Shown here piece by piece: positions 61,186 to 64,000 of a stretch of DNA of 64,000 nt. Both the position numbers and the translations under genes were made by a program. This DNA is from Orbicella franksi (taxonomy: Eukaryota), in NCBI GenBank assembly GCA_964199315.1, contig OZ116698.1, positions 2,480,001 through 2,544,000 of the forward strand, in the 5' to 3' direction. Position 1 is the stretch's first letter. Each line of letters begins with the position of its first letter. Under the pieces are notes generated by a model, which made no database searches, was not told the DNA's origin, and was given only the letters and a program-made list of their open reading frames with translations.

Positions 61186-62505
61186 GCCCCACCTCACACT
61201 TGGGAAATGAGGCTATCAAGACCTGAGGGCAAAATCCCAATTTGATTAAATTATGTCAAATGAAAATCTATCCTACATATGCATGACCAGATCAAGTAAT
61301 TGCAAAATGACATTTGAAGAAAGAAACTTGCTTCAGGCTGGCCTAGAAAATTAAGAATGACAACTTCTTAAATAACCTTATCTTTATTACTGGTCAATGT
61401 AAAATATATAAAGAGACGAAATATTTATTTCACAAACAAAAACAAATGTCACTTGCTATAACATGCAAAACTTGTGACCAGCACATCTAATAATAGTAAT
61501 TATATTTAAATTATTAATCCAATGCAAACATATGAAACAACATGGAGTCAACAAACCAACTATCACGGACAATTTTTGCAGTCCTCAAAAAGTGCCAGAA
61601 TAAACTAGACTGCGTTGTTTATGAAATGTTGTTTATACAAGTTCTCAAACCATCACTGAATGTGCAATCGGACTCAATTTGTGCAAAGCTATTCCATTAG
61701 CATAATTATCATGCTCACAGGAATGCCAAGTAATGATATTCATAACTCAACTCTTTTAACAACTTTGACATTCAATGATTTTTATTCTTGATAATGATGT
61801 TGCATACATCGAAACGTCAAATAACGTTATTCCTTATATTTCAACAATTTTATTACCTTGGAAATAACAGAAAACACGAAAGAATTACATTGCCTACTCA
61901 TTAAACCTACACAGGTATTATAGAGCTACTGCAGGTGAATAAACTTATACAAAACATAGCTTGTAAGTAGTGTCAGCATGTCCACATTTAGAAGCATAAG
62001 CTTGATATTTTATATATATTAATATATTCTGTCTATTTCAATATACTGATAATATGCTAGCCATACAGATATCTATAAGTTTTGATTTAAAAACACTCTT
62101 GCTCAAAAACTACGCACTAAAATTATGGTATTGAAAAAATTGCCAAATGTTTATCATATGCATATTTAACACACACTAAACCTTTAGTTTTGAATTTTTG
62201 CACACTAGAAATTGGCATGGTAACACTGAACAAAGAACAAAACACCTTTTAGTTATTAAATGTACTTGTTCTGCAATACAACATGCAAAGAAATCAAGAA
62301 AACAAAAGATAACACCTATTACTGCAACAACGGGTGTGCTTTTTCCGAATCTCGGCTGAGTATCAGCCAACACTCTTGGATGACTATCTGTTAACTTGTC
62401 GTCCATGTGTCAGTTGCCATAGTGACAGATATGTCAACTGAGTGTCCGTCGAGCATTGGTCACCATGTTATTCAGGTTGATAGACTACCTAACCTTTTTC
62501 CTAGT

Positions 62506-62804
62506 AAAGTCTGCATATGAGCCAAGTGGCCCATCAGGCCAGCTTATCCCAGTTTCTGTAGCATGAAGCGACTAGGAGTACTTCTACTCCCCCCTGGATA
62601 GGATGCTAGTCCATCGCAGGGCAACCCCCGGTATTAAGGTCCCTGGTACCCATTTATATGCCCGGGTAACTGGAGAGAAGCACTGTGAGAAGAAAGTGTC
62701 TTGCTCAAGAACACAAGACAAGAACACAATGTCCAAGGCTCTAACCTGGACTGCTTGATCCAGAGATGAGCACACTACTGGTAACCATGAGTCCACCGTG
62801 CCTC
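62506..62804 (-). mobile_element. tRNA-derived SINE
   Basis: Minus strand: gaggcacggtggactcatggtta (A-box-like) ... ggttagagcc (B-box-like), then the central block cttgagcaagacactttcttctcacagtgc...tataaatgggtacc typical of metazoan SINEs. Confidence 0.7.
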
Positions 62805-63175
62805 TCACAACCTTCCTCTTGACTGCATAAGGCCCATGATCAAAAAAGCTTGCACACCGGTGATGTGACCAGCATCATGAATTTAAAGACTAATCGAATA
62901 TATATAATATTAAAAGAGGAATAGAAGTAAGGACTTGCTCCTAATGTGCACTTAATAAATCCCATCGCTTCTAATACAACTCAATACATTTTCAATGAGT
63001 CTACTGTTCACTTTAGCAAAACTCAACTACATTTTGACCCCTATTAAACGGCCACCCTCAGGGAAATGGGTAGTGGCCTCCTAAAAGGGGTTGGCCATTT
63101 AATAAAGGTAAAAACAATAGAAAAACCCTCATCAGGACTTTGATTACTGGCCGCCTAATAGGGGTGACCATTTAA

Positions 63176-63961
63176 GGTGGCCAAACAGTTTTCATGCACG
63201 CTTTTGCTGATGCAATTCAGCACGTGCACAAGGATTGCAAAAAACAAACATGCTGTCAATAGAGCGATCATTTTATTTACTCAACAGCCCCACTATCTGT
63301 GCTATTTTTCTCTATAACTGAACGTGGTGTATTGATGGTTTTAGTCTTTTATTACAAAGATATGTTAGAAAGGGTAACGATGCAAAGAACCCAGTAATTC
63401 TCAGCTTTTTCTTTGTTACCAAAAGAACCCAGTTAAATGCAATGCATGCGTAGTAAGTCAACAAATTGCGATTGGATGAAAAATTGCACTCACGGAAATA
63501 CGCCTATTTCTCGAGAACCACTCATTAGAATTTCACGAAATTTGGCACGAAAATACTTTAGGAAATAAGTAACTGGAGTATTGAAAAAAACTGGACTTTA
63601 GCAAAGGAAATTCTAGATATTCCAGTGAACCTTCCACGAGGGATAATTAAAGATCTCTCTGTTAAATTATTATTAAAATGGTGTTAACTTGTGAGAATCC
63701 TTACAAGCTTGTTGCATGCAAATTATAAAGAAAATCTGACCACTACCAGTAGATTTTCTACAAATAAACAAAACCGATTTTAAAGGCCTGTTTATATTTA
63801 TTTTTGTTGCCATGGCAATGGCACATACGTCAGCTTAACCAGCAAAAAACAAAAGTTTGTGTTGTTAACTTACTTGCTGCCATTTTTGGCGACCAAGGGA
63901 TCAAGGGTTTCAGAGAAAAAGGTGAATGAAACCCAGGTATCAAAAACTGTGTTCAGCCACC
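63176..63961. mobile_element. Kolobok-like element (TTAA TSD) nested in a Tc1-like MITE spanning ~63028-63996
   Basis: ttaa|ggtggccaaacagtttt ... aaaactgtgttcagccacc|ttaa. The host MITE resumes with taggtggccgcttaacagtgtttcgactgTA. Confidence 0.75.
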
Positions 63962-64000
63962 TTAATAGGTGGCCGCTTAACAGTGTTTCGACTGTAATAA

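Noticed and set aside
62740-62804. tRNA gene
   Set aside because: Degenerate tRNA-like head fused to a SINE body; no complete cloverleaf.

Overview
AT-rich animal genomic DNA with spliceosomal introns, most likely from a stony coral or other anthozoan (inferred from the repeat families). There are five genes: an intronless class A GPCR (minus strand), a 10-exon gene for a ~1065-aa mostly low-complexity protein with a CQHPxCW motif (minus strand, tentatively C9orf43/DUF4647-like), and a tandem array of three stomatin (band 7/SPFH) paralogues (plus strand) with identical core intron positions. The introns and spacers hold many mobile elements: a Ngaro-type tyrosine-recombinase retrotransposon with split direct repeats, a Crypton pseudogene, a 5'-truncated L1/Tx1 LINE with a 14-bp TSD nested in a MITE, Penelope-like remnants with hammerhead-ribozyme motifs, Kolobok-like and Tc1-like MITEs, a SINE and minisatellites. 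The main finding is that all three stomatin stop codons are followed by CTAG (TGA-CTAG, TAA-CTAG, TGA-CTAG), the known readthrough context. Each opens an in-frame extension. In paralogues 1 and 3 the extension ends in the conserved sequence TESP(L/M)TEVSVL*, a class I PDZ-binding motif, with a frame-preserving indel and synonymous changes. This points to programmed stop-codon readthrough producing PDZ-tagged stomatin isoforms. Gene models were built by hand from splice signals and reading-frame continuity; no database searches were run.
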